A stretch of 36,229 bases of DNA from a virus. Lineage: Duplodnaviria > Caudoviricetes. A model generated the notes under the pieces. That model did no database searches and was not told the DNA's origin. It saw nothing but the letters and a program-made list of their open reading frames with translations. Each line of letters starts with the position of its first letter. Within the stretch, counting starts at the first letter, position 1. The DNA is taken from positions 1 through 36,229 of the IMG/VR virus record IMGVR_UViG_3300030376_004563, one strand, 5' to 3'. Both the position numbers and the translations under genes were made by a program. Positions 1 through 7,539 of the stretch are shown here, one piece after another.

Positions 1-2
1 AA

Positions 3-326
3 CATCTTTGGATTCAAACTTCTTACAATACAATAGCTAACACACATACTTTAGGTGGAACTCCATTTAGAGGAAACTACGCAGGTATAGGATATACTTG
101 GGATCCTGAAAATCAAATATTTTGGGAACCACAACCATACGCATCTTGGACAAAAGATATAGCTAGTGCTTCATGGGTAGCTCCTATAACAAAACCTGCT
201 TTAACAGAAGAACAACAAACACAAAACGATGTCGATGCAACTCATCTTTGGGTATATGAATGGGATGAAGCTGCGTATCAATCTGACAATACAACTGGTT
301 GGACATTGACAAATAAAGACGCGTAG
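3..326 (+). CDS. 5'-truncated conserved marine phage protein, probably tail/tail-fibre associated
   Basis: Not in the ORF track. My translation of frame 3 reads HLWIQTSYNT...GGTPFRGNYAGIGYTWDPENQIFWEPQPYASW...WVAP...YEWDE...GWTLTNKDA*, with TAG at 324-326. I recognise the WIQTSYN/RxNYAGIGY/PxPYxSW motifs from a widespread marine phage family usually found next to tail-fibre genes. The function is inferred. Confidence 0.75.
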   Translation, partial: HLWIQTSYNTIANTHTLGGTPFRGNYAGIGYTWDPENQIFWEPQPYASWTKDIASASWVAPITKPALTEEQQTQNDVDATHLWVYEWDEAAYQSDNTTGWTLTNKDA

Positions 327-334
327 TATATAAG
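306..334 (+). promoter_or_regulatory. Candidate sigma70-type promoter for the oxygenase array
   Basis: Perfect TTGACA at 306-311, 17-bp spacer, then TATAAG at 329-334 (5/6 match to TATAAT, but lacking the conserved last T). It lies 20 nt upstream of the ATG at 355. Confidence 0.45.
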
Positions 335-354
335 GCCTATAAACATATATAGGT

Positions 355-858
355 ATGCAAAAGAAAGTATTAAGTGAACAAGCGATATATTTAGGCGATG
401 TTAAAATGCCTAAAGGTTATGAAATAGATCCTTTTATATTATCTAAATCTATTTTTGAAAGCACGTACACTCAAACAGAAGCACCGTTTAACGAAGAATG
501 GGATAGGTTAAATAAATACATTATAGAACATTTACGTATAAAACATAACTTAAGACTATATAATGAAAAAACTTGGGGAACCATGTATTTGCCTGATGAA
601 AAAACTAATCCTTTACGAGAAACTGATCTTAACGATTTAAAAAATTCTCCTGATTTTGTTTGTTTATATGGAATTAATGCAGCAGATGTAATGGTTAGAA
701 TCTATTATGATGATAATAGAAGACAAGCAAAAAGTTGGGATATACCATTAACTCATGGTCAGTTTATAATGTTTCCAGCAAACAATTTATATCACATAGA
801 AAACAATCAAAAAAAATTATTAAATTTTATACAAACTATAACATATGTATATCTCTAA
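355..858 (+). CDS. Degenerate 2OG-Fe(II) oxygenase-fold (DSBH) protein, possibly non-catalytic
   Basis: Has the W-x-x-x-Y strand and the GQFIMFPANNLYHI segment of the TIGR02466-like fold, but no recognisable HxD/HxH and no distal Arg. Its size and position match the neighbouring oxygenases. Confidence 0.55.
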   Translation: MQKKVLSEQAIYLGDVKMPKGYEIDPFILSKSIFESTYTQTEAPFNEEWDRLNKYIIEHLRIKHNLRLYNEKTWGTMYLPDEKTNPLRETDLNDLKNSPDFVCLYGINAADVMVRIYYDDNRRQAKSWDIPLTHGQFIMFPANNLYHIENNQKKLLNFIQTITYVYL

Positions 859-1414
859 AAAAAATTATATGTTAGTAAATTTACCTTACATAAAAAAAGA
901 CATAGCACATTTTAAAAAATATGCAGACCTAGCTCACAAACGTTTTGAACACAGGTATGGTAAACAACCTACTACAAACTTATATAACCAATACAATTCT
1001 ATGACTTTGTTAGTAGGATCTGTAAAATATTATAAAATGTTTAAAGACATTTTTAAAATTATTAGAAAATATGCTAATACTAAAAAGCCATTATGGCTAC
1101 AATCATGGTTAAATATTCACGATGAACAACAGTTATTAACGTGGCATAATCATGGTGATTCTTTGTTTCATGGTTATGTTTCAATCGACCCTAAAAATAC
1201 CGAAACAGTTTTTAAAGATTATACTATAAAAAATAAAATAGGTAATGTTTATATAGGACCATCAGCAAGTTATCACAAAGTGGTATGTAAGAAAAAATTT
1301 AAAGACAAAAGAATTACAATAGCTTTTGATGTTGTTGATGAAAAAAGTATTAAACATACATACAATAAATATGGAGAGGTGAATATAAACTCAGGTTTTA
1401 TTCCGATATACTAA
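845..1414 (+). CDS. Putative 2OG-Fe(II) oxygenase (HxH type)
   Basis: SWLNIH...WHNH...FHGYV...YHKV...RITIAFD gives HxH...H iron ligands and a 2OG-binding Arg. Confidence 0.75.
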   Translation: MYISKKNYMLVNLPYIKKDIAHFKKYADLAHKRFEHRYGKQPTTNLYNQYNSMTLLVGSVKYYKMFKDIFKIIRKYANTKKPLWLQSWLNIHDEQQLLTWHNHGDSLFHGYVSIDPKNTETVFKDYTIKNKIGNVYIGPSASYHKVVCKKKFKDKRITIAFDVVDEKSIKHTYNKYGEVNINSGFIPIY

Positions 1415-2043
1415 TGAATCTAGAAAATTATTATTGGGCTTTTGAATCAGCTATACCTCCAAGACTTTGCGATCATATAATTCAACATGGTTTATCAAAA
1501 ACAGAATCGATGGCAAAAACAGGTGAGTTTAAAGGTAATAGAGAATTATCTAAAGATGATATTAGAGATTTAAAACTTAAAAGAAATTCTAACATTACAT
1601 GGTTAGATGATTTATGGATATATAAAGAGTTACATCCTTTTATTGATAAAGCTAATAAGAACGCAGGGTGGAACTTTGATTGGGATTTTTCTGAACAATG
1701 TCAATTTACAAAATATAAACTTAATCAATACTATGACTGGCATTGTGACAGTTGGAATAAACCATATGAAGAAGGAAATACTAAAGGTAAGATAAGAAAG
1801 TTGTCTATGACTCTTCAATTAACAGATGGGTCTGAGTATGAGGGTGGTGAATTAGAATTTGATTTTAGACAATATGATCCACCAAGAAGAGATGAGGCAT
1901 TACATTTAAAACGAGCAAAAGAAATTTTACCTAAAGGATCTATTATTGTATTTCCCTCATTTGTGTGGCATAGAGTTAAACCAGTAACGAAAGGAGTAAG
2001 ATATTCATTGGTAATGTGGAACCTTGGATATCCATTTAAATAA
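1414..2043 (+). CDS. 2OG-Fe(II) oxygenase, prolyl 4-hydroxylase/PKHD-like
   Basis: QFTKY...YDWHCD...RKLSMTLQL...YEGGELEF...GSIIVFPSFVWHRVKPVTKGVRYSLVMW is a canonical HxD...H...RxS pattern. TAATG overlap with the upstream gene. Confidence 0.92.
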   Translation: MNLENYYWAFESAIPPRLCDHIIQHGLSKTESMAKTGEFKGNRELSKDDIRDLKLKRNSNITWLDDLWIYKELHPFIDKANKNAGWNFDWDFSEQCQFTKYKLNQYYDWHCDSWNKPYEEGNTKGKIRKLSMTLQLTDGSEYEGGELEFDFRQYDPPRRDEALHLKRAKEILPKGSIIVFPSFVWHRVKPVTKGVRYSLVMWNLGYPFK

Positions 2044-2044
2044 T

Positions 2045-2671
2045 ATGGACGTACATGAATTTTTTAAAACACCTATGTGGGTTGAAGATAAACCAGAGTT
2101 TGTTAAATCTTTAAACAAAGCTTCTGATAAATATATTAAAGAAGCTAAAAAAAGAAATAAAGATTACATACAAAAACATGGTGATTTTGGTTTGTCATAC
2201 CACTCTACACCTCTTACACTAGATAATGATTTTATAGATTTAAGAAATTATGTAGGGCAAAAATCTTTTGATTTTTTAGATTGGTGTGGTTTTGATATGT
2301 CACGTTATCAAACCATGTTTCATGAAATGTGGGTACAAGAATTTTCTAAAAAAGGTGGTGGTCATCATTCTGCACATATGCATTGGAACCAACACGTATC
2401 AGGGTTTTATTTTTTAAAAGCTAGTGACAAAACATCTATGCCAGTATTTCACGAACCAAGGACAGGAGCACGTGCTACAAAGTTGTATACAAAAACTAAA
2501 GATTTAAGTTATGGTAGTGAACTTGTACATTTTAAAGTACAACCTGGAACATTAATAATATTTCCTGGATATGTAGAACATGAATTTACTGTAGATCATG
2601 GAATAGAACCATTTAGATTTATACATTGGAATATACAAGCTGTGCCAAAAATGATGGCAAAAGATGCATAA
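2045..2671 (+). CDS. Putative 2OG-Fe(II) oxygenase, TIGR02466-like
   Basis: FxTP N-terminus, MWVQ...HSAHMH...VSGFYFL...FHEPR...GTLIIFPGYVEHEF...RFIHWN. I prefer the ATG at 2045 (1 nt after the previous stop) over the track's 2024. Confidence 0.85.
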   Translation: MDVHEFFKTPMWVEDKPEFVKSLNKASDKYIKEAKKRNKDYIQKHGDFGLSYHSTPLTLDNDFIDLRNYVGQKSFDFLDWCGFDMSRYQTMFHEMWVQEFSKKGGGHHSAHMHWNQHVSGFYFLKASDKTSMPVFHEPRTGARATKLYTKTKDLSYGSELVHFKVQPGTLIIFPGYVEHEFTVDHGIEPFRFIHWNIQAVPKMMAKDA

Positions 2672-3167
2672 ACATTCGTTTGTATATAATATAGTTGAAG
2701 ACCATGTTAAAGTAGATGCTGAAACAAAAAAAGTAATTAAAGATATAGAGTTAACTAAAGACGTACTAAGACCTGAAATGAACCTAACTTCTTTTTATCA
2801 AAAAAACGAAAGCTTAAATAATTTAATTATAAATAAATTAAGTATTGTGTTTGAAAAATTAAATTTAGTTTTATCACATTGTTGGATTCAAAAATATTTA
2901 AAAAATAGTTATCATAGCGTTCACACACATAACCCTAGAGGCAAATCTTTTGTTTGGTTTATAGAAGGAAACAAAAATTCGTCACCTTTGTGTTTTTATG
3001 ATGTGGGTTACCCATCAGTAGATATAAACAAAAATATTACATGTGAATTTGTTCCTGGTAAATTAATTATATTTCCTGGATTTATACCACATGAAGTAAG
3101 ACCTAATAAAAATAACAATAGATTAATAGTAAGTGGAAATCTTAATGAGTTACAAAGTAATAGATAA
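2664..3167 (+). CDS. Putative 2OG-Fe(II) oxygenase, TIGR02466-like
   Basis: CWIQKY...HSVHTH...SFVWFI...GKLIIFPGFIPHEVRPN...RLIVSGN. Confidence 0.85.
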   Translation: MHKHSFVYNIVEDHVKVDAETKKVIKDIELTKDVLRPEMNLTSFYQKNESLNNLIINKLSIVFEKLNLVLSHCWIQKYLKNSYHSVHTHNPRGKSFVWFIEGNKNSSPLCFYDVGYPSVDINKNITCEFVPGKLIIFPGFIPHEVRPNKNNNRLIVSGNLNELQSNR

Positions 3168-3669
3168 TTTTTTAAATAATCAATTTTACGAAAAACTTTC
3201 GTATGATTTAAAAGGAGAAAACCATCCTTGGTATTATACTAAAATAGATGTAGATTTAAAAAAAAGTATGAACAATGGTCTTTTTACTCATGTTTATTAT
3301 GGTAACCATAAACCTCAGTCTGATTTATTTGATTCACACATAAGACCTATAACAGAAAGTTTAGATGTTGATGCTCTTATAATGGTAAGAGCAAATTGTG
3401 TTTTTAGAGATATTGATACTATAGAGACACCATACCATACTGACAATAATTGTTTATACTCTACTACAGCTATTTTATTTTTAACAACATGTAATGCAAA
3501 AACTATTTTAAAAATTAAAAACAAAGAAGTGTCTGTAGATAGTGTAGAGAATAGATTGTTATTGTTTGACAGTAAAATAGAACACAAGGTATTGTATCAT
3601 ACAGATGTTTGGAAAAGACATGTAATAAATTTTAATTTTATAAGGAACAAAAATGAATCTTACCCATAA
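3145..3669 (+). CDS. Putative 2OG-Fe(II) oxygenase (HxD type)
   Basis: VIDNFL N-terminus, RAN...YHTD...TAILFL...ENRLLLFDSKIEH...RHVINFN. The likely start is the ATG at 3145 (MSYKVIDNFL) rather than the GTG at 3133. Confidence 0.82.
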   Translation: MSYKVIDNFLNNQFYEKLSYDLKGENHPWYYTKIDVDLKKSMNNGLFTHVYYGNHKPQSDLFDSHIRPITESLDVDALIMVRANCVFRDIDTIETPYHTDNNCLYSTTAILFLTTCNAKTILKIKNKEVSVDSVENRLLLFDSKIEHKVLYHTDVWKRHVINFNFIRNKNESYP

Positions 3670-6600
3670 TTATAAAAAACACGATTTACCAAAAGATAGT
3701 TTTATACAGGGATGGTATATGCCTGAAAAAGTTTGTGATGATTTAGTTAATTATTTTAACAAAAACAGAGACAAAGCCACGCCAGGAACTAGTCTTTACG
3801 AAGGAGAAATAAAAGTAGATGAAAGTATTAAAAATTCTTTGGATCTTAGTTTAGGAAATAATAATGTTGAAAAAGGAGTTTTTGAATATCGATTTCATTT
3901 ACAAGGAATTTTAGATTTGTATGTAAAAGAATATCCTGAAATAGAACGTCTTGAAAGATTTAATGTTGAAGATGTTAATGTTCAATGGTATCCTGGCAGA
4001 GGTGGTTTTAAAACATGGCACTACGAAAGAGGAGCGAAAGAAAACATGGATAGGGTTTTAGTTTTTATGACTTATCTAAATGATGTAAAAGATGGAGGAA
4101 CTCATTTTAAATATCAAGACATAACTACACCTGCGATAAAAGGTTTAACTATAATTTGGCCACCAGACTGGACTCACACACATAAAGGACAAATAAGTAA
4201 CGATAAAAAAATAATAGCTACAAAAGAATATCATGATGCAGGATGGACTAGATTACCAAGTGACCCTGCAGAAAGGAACCAGTGGCTACAAGATAACAAA
4301 GATGATATAATAACTATAACTTGGGTTCATCAAGGAGATGTAAGTACTATAGGTAGACATCTTGATAGAAAAAAAATTACTGCTGAAGATATAGAACTTG
4401 GTGGAAATAACATAAAAATTCCTGGATTGGAAACGGAAAGTGTTTATATGGAAAATAGTCCAAATCAAGATGGATATTTTCAAGCACTTACTAGAAGTGG
4501 ATTAAATGCAAGAAAATCTATGTTAAGTGAAAAAGGTCAATGGGAGTTTGATACTAATATAGATTATGATAGTTATCAGGATGTTCAATTTAAATTAGAT
4601 TCTCTTATGAGTGATCCTAATGCAGATCCGTTAGAGATAATAAATTTAAAATTAGAATTACTTAATAATCCAGAAAATGTTTATAAAGACTCTAGTATAA
4701 CAACTCCATATCAGTCACCAAATCAAAATTTGATGGATACTAGTATACAGATGGATAATACATATCAGCATACTAATGCACCAATATTAAGTCTTCAACC
4801 CGGAGGAGAACTTGAATCAGATGTTAGCACAAGTATTACCTTAGATGAAGAAGGTGCAAGACCAAGAATTGATGCATCATATCCTATAGCAAATACAGTT
4901 GATTCAGGATATCAAGGTTGTTATACATCTCCAACTGGTGAAGTATCTGCAGCATGTGAAATAGAAGGTGGTGTTGAACTTGATCCAAGCACATCTACTA
5001 CTACAACTCCTGACCAAGTTAATGAATATACTGTACCTACAGGTAATCAACCTTACAGTGATCAAAATGTATATGATGCAGACGGTGATGGTGTCATAAC
5101 TCCTAACGATGCTATATATGCACAAAATAATCCACTACCTACAGAAGAAACAGTAACAGAGACAATTCCTGGCACAACAAAGACAAATCTTAGTATGAAT
5201 CCTAAATTTAATTTAGGATTAAAAGGTAGTCTTGGTTACACAAGCCCGGGTGGACTACACACAGGAAGAGCAGGAATTACAGGAACAGGTACACAAGATG
5301 TCACGCCTTATTATAGCGCAAGGGGAGATGTTGGATATCTTAATGATAATTATTCTTTAACAGGTTTTGGTGAACATGGTAATATGACAGGAACTGATGT
5401 AGGACTTAGAGGTTCTGCAGATCTAGGTGGAGTAGATCTTTATGGTGAAGGTAGATATAATATTGACACAGGAAGTCCTTCATTTATGGCAGGAGTTAGA
5501 ATACCTCTTGGACGTCCAGGAAGAAAAATGGGAGGAACTACCCCATCTTGGGCAATTCCACAACTACAAACAGGAGGTTCATCTCAAGGAGGATACATGT
5601 GGGAATGGTCACCAGAAAATCCTGATCCGTTATTAATGAATAATCAGCAAATGATTGGACCACAGAATCAAACTTCTGCACCACCAAATCAAGAATTACC
5701 TGCTGCAAACCCAGTTGTTCCACCAATGCAAGATGCTGATAGTGATGGTATATCTGATTTTGTAGATGCTGATAGTGGAAGTGAACCAGTATATGGCCCT
5801 GAAAATACAGCACAACCTGAAAGTAATATAGAACCAGGAACTTATGATCCTGATATATATACATTTAATCAGCCTGAACTTGATGAAGCTGTTGATACTC
5901 AAGATGATACAGAATATTATGAACCAGAAGATACTACACCTCCTGATGCTAATGATGATACAGATAGTTCAGAATTTCCTTTTGATGATTCACAAAATGC
6001 TACAGATACTGAAACTGATCCCGGAATGGATGATACTACTGATGATACTACTGAGGATGGTACAGATGAAAATACAGACGAAGCAGTAAATCCAGATGAA
6101 GGAGATACAAGTGATACTCAAGAAGATGGTGCTGATACTTCATCAGAAGATGATGATTCAGGTGCTGTAGATGAAGGAGGGGGAGGAAAGAAAAAAGGAA
6201 GAGGATTTGGAGAAACTGTTACTAAGACTGCAGAAAATATTGTTAAAGGTGGAAAATTCTTAAACGCATGGATGGAAAGAAGAAATGCTAAGAAAGAAAA
6301 AGAAAAGTTGATGCATAAGACTATTGCTGATAATATGTTTGAAGCAGATGAGTCTGATATCTCTGGACAAAAAGGAGATTATGATACTAACTCAGGAATA
6401 TTTAGACCAGATGATAAAGTATCCACTGTAAGAAAAGGTAGATATGGAGGAGCATTACCTATGTTTCAAATAGGAAATGAACTTGGTTCTCAATCTACAC
6501 AAGATCCTTTTCATGGTTATAATTATGATACACAATATTGGAATGAACCAGGTACCCATAACTATGGTAAAACTGAAAACTATGCAAACTGGTATAGTGG

Positions 6601-7537
6601 AGGAGATGGTCATGGAAGTAGAGTTTTAGATTCAGAAGGAAACCCAACTAACTATAAAAAAGGAGCATGGGAAGGACATTACTCTGGACAACAATGGAAT
6701 TTAAAGGAGCCTTTAAATTTTAGTGAAAAAGATTATAACACATTGATTAATACTATGCAATATAATCCTAAACTATTAGATAGAAAAGGACAAACAAGAA
6801 GAATAAAAGATGATTTTTCTAATATGAATACAGGACCAGGTCCTAAAGGTAGTGGTACATATGATCATAATAGACATATAGATGATTATGTTGCATTTAA
6901 AGAAGTAATGGAAAGAAATTCTGGACATGAATGGAATGATATGCAATTAGCAGATGCTGCTTATGCATTAAAAAAGAGAGGTACCCGAGGGGGCTGGGGT
7001 TCAGGAGTTAATCAACAAGGTATATTTGCACCAGGATTACCAACTGCAAGTGCTTATAGAAATGATCCTAGTGTGTGGAGTGATTATGGTGATGCAATAT
7101 ATGCTGATAGAATTGAAAATCCAGGTGGAATACCGGAGAATAGCACAATGGATAATGCTAATAATATTGTACAAGCAAATACAACAACTCAACCAACAAG
7201 AAATGAAACTCCAGTATCATTACCAGCTATGCCTATAAATCAACTTGAAACAGCTTATGTTCCAGAACTACAACAACCAACTCAACAGGAAGTTGTTGAA
7301 GAAGAATCAGCATATGTTCCTCAATCACAAAGAGGAGAATATGTTCCTCAATCACAAAGAAATCAAGACCCTGTTGAAGAAGTTCCTGTTGAAGAAGAAT
7401 CAGAAGATGATGTGTGGGCTAGAAGAAAGGCTAAAAGAGCTGCTATGTTTGCAAGAGATGGTGGACAAGTAGTTGATATAGATTTTGAAATGTATAAAGA
7501 ATTAATTGCTGCAGGTGCAGAAATAGAAATTGTATAA
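3653..7537 (+). CDS. In-frame fusion of a 2OG-Fe(II) oxygenase (aa 1-~190, nt 3653-4222) and an unrelated crAss-like virion cargo-type protein (rest); possibly chimeric
   Basis: The N-part has WHYE...RVLVFMTYLNDVKDGGTHF...IIWPPDWTHTHKG...KIIAT and stops short of the GW-type ending usual for this family. The C-part has a Gly/aromatic beta-rich segment, DxDxDG motifs, a long Asp/Glu/Thr tract, YGG/DGG motifs and the terminus GGQVVDIDFEMYKELIAAGAEIEIV. Confidence 0.7.
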   Translation: MNLTHNYKKHDLPKDSFIQGWYMPEKVCDDLVNYFNKNRDKATPGTSLYEGEIKVDESIKNSLDLSLGNNNVEKGVFEYRFHLQGILDLYVKEYPEIERLERFNVEDVNVQWYPGRGGFKTWHYERGAKENMDRVLVFMTYLNDVKDGGTHFKYQDITTPAIKGLTIIWPPDWTHTHKGQISNDKKIIATKEYHDAGWTRLPSDPAERNQWLQDNKDDIITITWVHQGDVSTIGRHLDRKKITAEDIELGGNNIKIPGLETESVYMENSPNQDGYFQALTRSGLNARKSMLSEKGQWEFDTNIDYDSYQDVQFKLDSLMSDPNADPLEIINLKLELLNNPENVYKDSSITTPYQSPNQNLMDTSIQMDNTYQHTNAPILSLQPGGELESDVSTSITLDEEGARPRIDASYPIANTVDSGYQGCYTSPTGEVSAACEIEGGVELDPSTSTTTTPDQVNEYTVPTGNQPYSDQNVYDADGDGVITPNDAIYAQNNPLPTEETVTETIPGTTKTNLSMNPKFNLGLKGSLGYTSPGGLHTGRAGITGTGTQDVTPYYSARGDVGYLNDNYSLTGFGEHGNMTGTDVGLRGSADLGGVDLYGEGRYNIDTGSPSFMAGVRIPLGRPGRKMGGTTPSWAIPQLQTGGSSQGGYMWEWSPENPDPLLMNNQQMIGPQNQTSAPPNQELPAANPVVPPMQDADSDGISDFVDADSGSEPVYGPENTAQPESNIEPGTYDPDIYTFNQPELDEAVDTQDDTEYYEPEDTTPPDANDDTDSSEFPFDDSQNATDTETDPGMDDTTDDTTEDGTDENTDEAVNPDEGDTSDTQEDGADTSSEDDDSGAVDEGGGGKKKGRGFGETVTKTAENIVKGGKFLNAWMERRNAKKEKEKLMHKTIADNMFEADESDISGQKGDYDTNSGIFRPDDKVSTVRKGRYGGALPMFQIGNELGSQSTQDPFHGYNYDTQYWNEPGTHNYGKTENYANWYSGGDGHGSRVLDSEGNPTNYKKGAWEGHYSGQQWNLKEPLNFSEKDYNTLINTMQYNPKLLDRKGQTRRIKDDFSNMNTGPGPKGSGTYDHNRHIDDYVAFKEVMERNSGHEWNDMQLADAAYALKKRGTRGGWGSGVNQQGIFAPGLPTASAYRNDPSVWSDYGDAIYADRIENPGGIPENSTMDNANNIVQANTTTQPTRNETPVSLPAMPINQLETAYVPELQQPTQQEVVEEESAYVPQSQRGEYVPQSQRNQDPVEEVPVEEESEDDVWARRKAKRAAMFARDGGQVVDIDFEMYKELIAAGAEIEIV
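7312..7360 (+). repeat. Exact 22-bp direct repeat, period 27, encoding YVPQSQR twice
   Basis: ATATGTTCCTCAATCACAAAGA occurs at 7312-7333 and 7339-7360. It is flanked by a second repeat, GTTGAAGAAGAATCAG, at 7295-7310 and 7388-7403. Confidence 0.9.
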
Positions 7538-7539
7538 TT

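Noticed and set aside
355-4222. Assigning the oxygenases as TET/JBP DNA-modifying enzymes, AlkB or halogenases
   Set aside because: The motifs fit P4H/PKHD-like and TIGR02466-like groups. I saw no HxA/HxG halogenase site and no partner methylase or glycosyltransferase in the window.
7295-7403. Direct repeats as a possible CRISPR or mini-array
   Set aside because: Only two copies, a 5-nt spacer, and in frame within a coding region. This is a peptide repeat.
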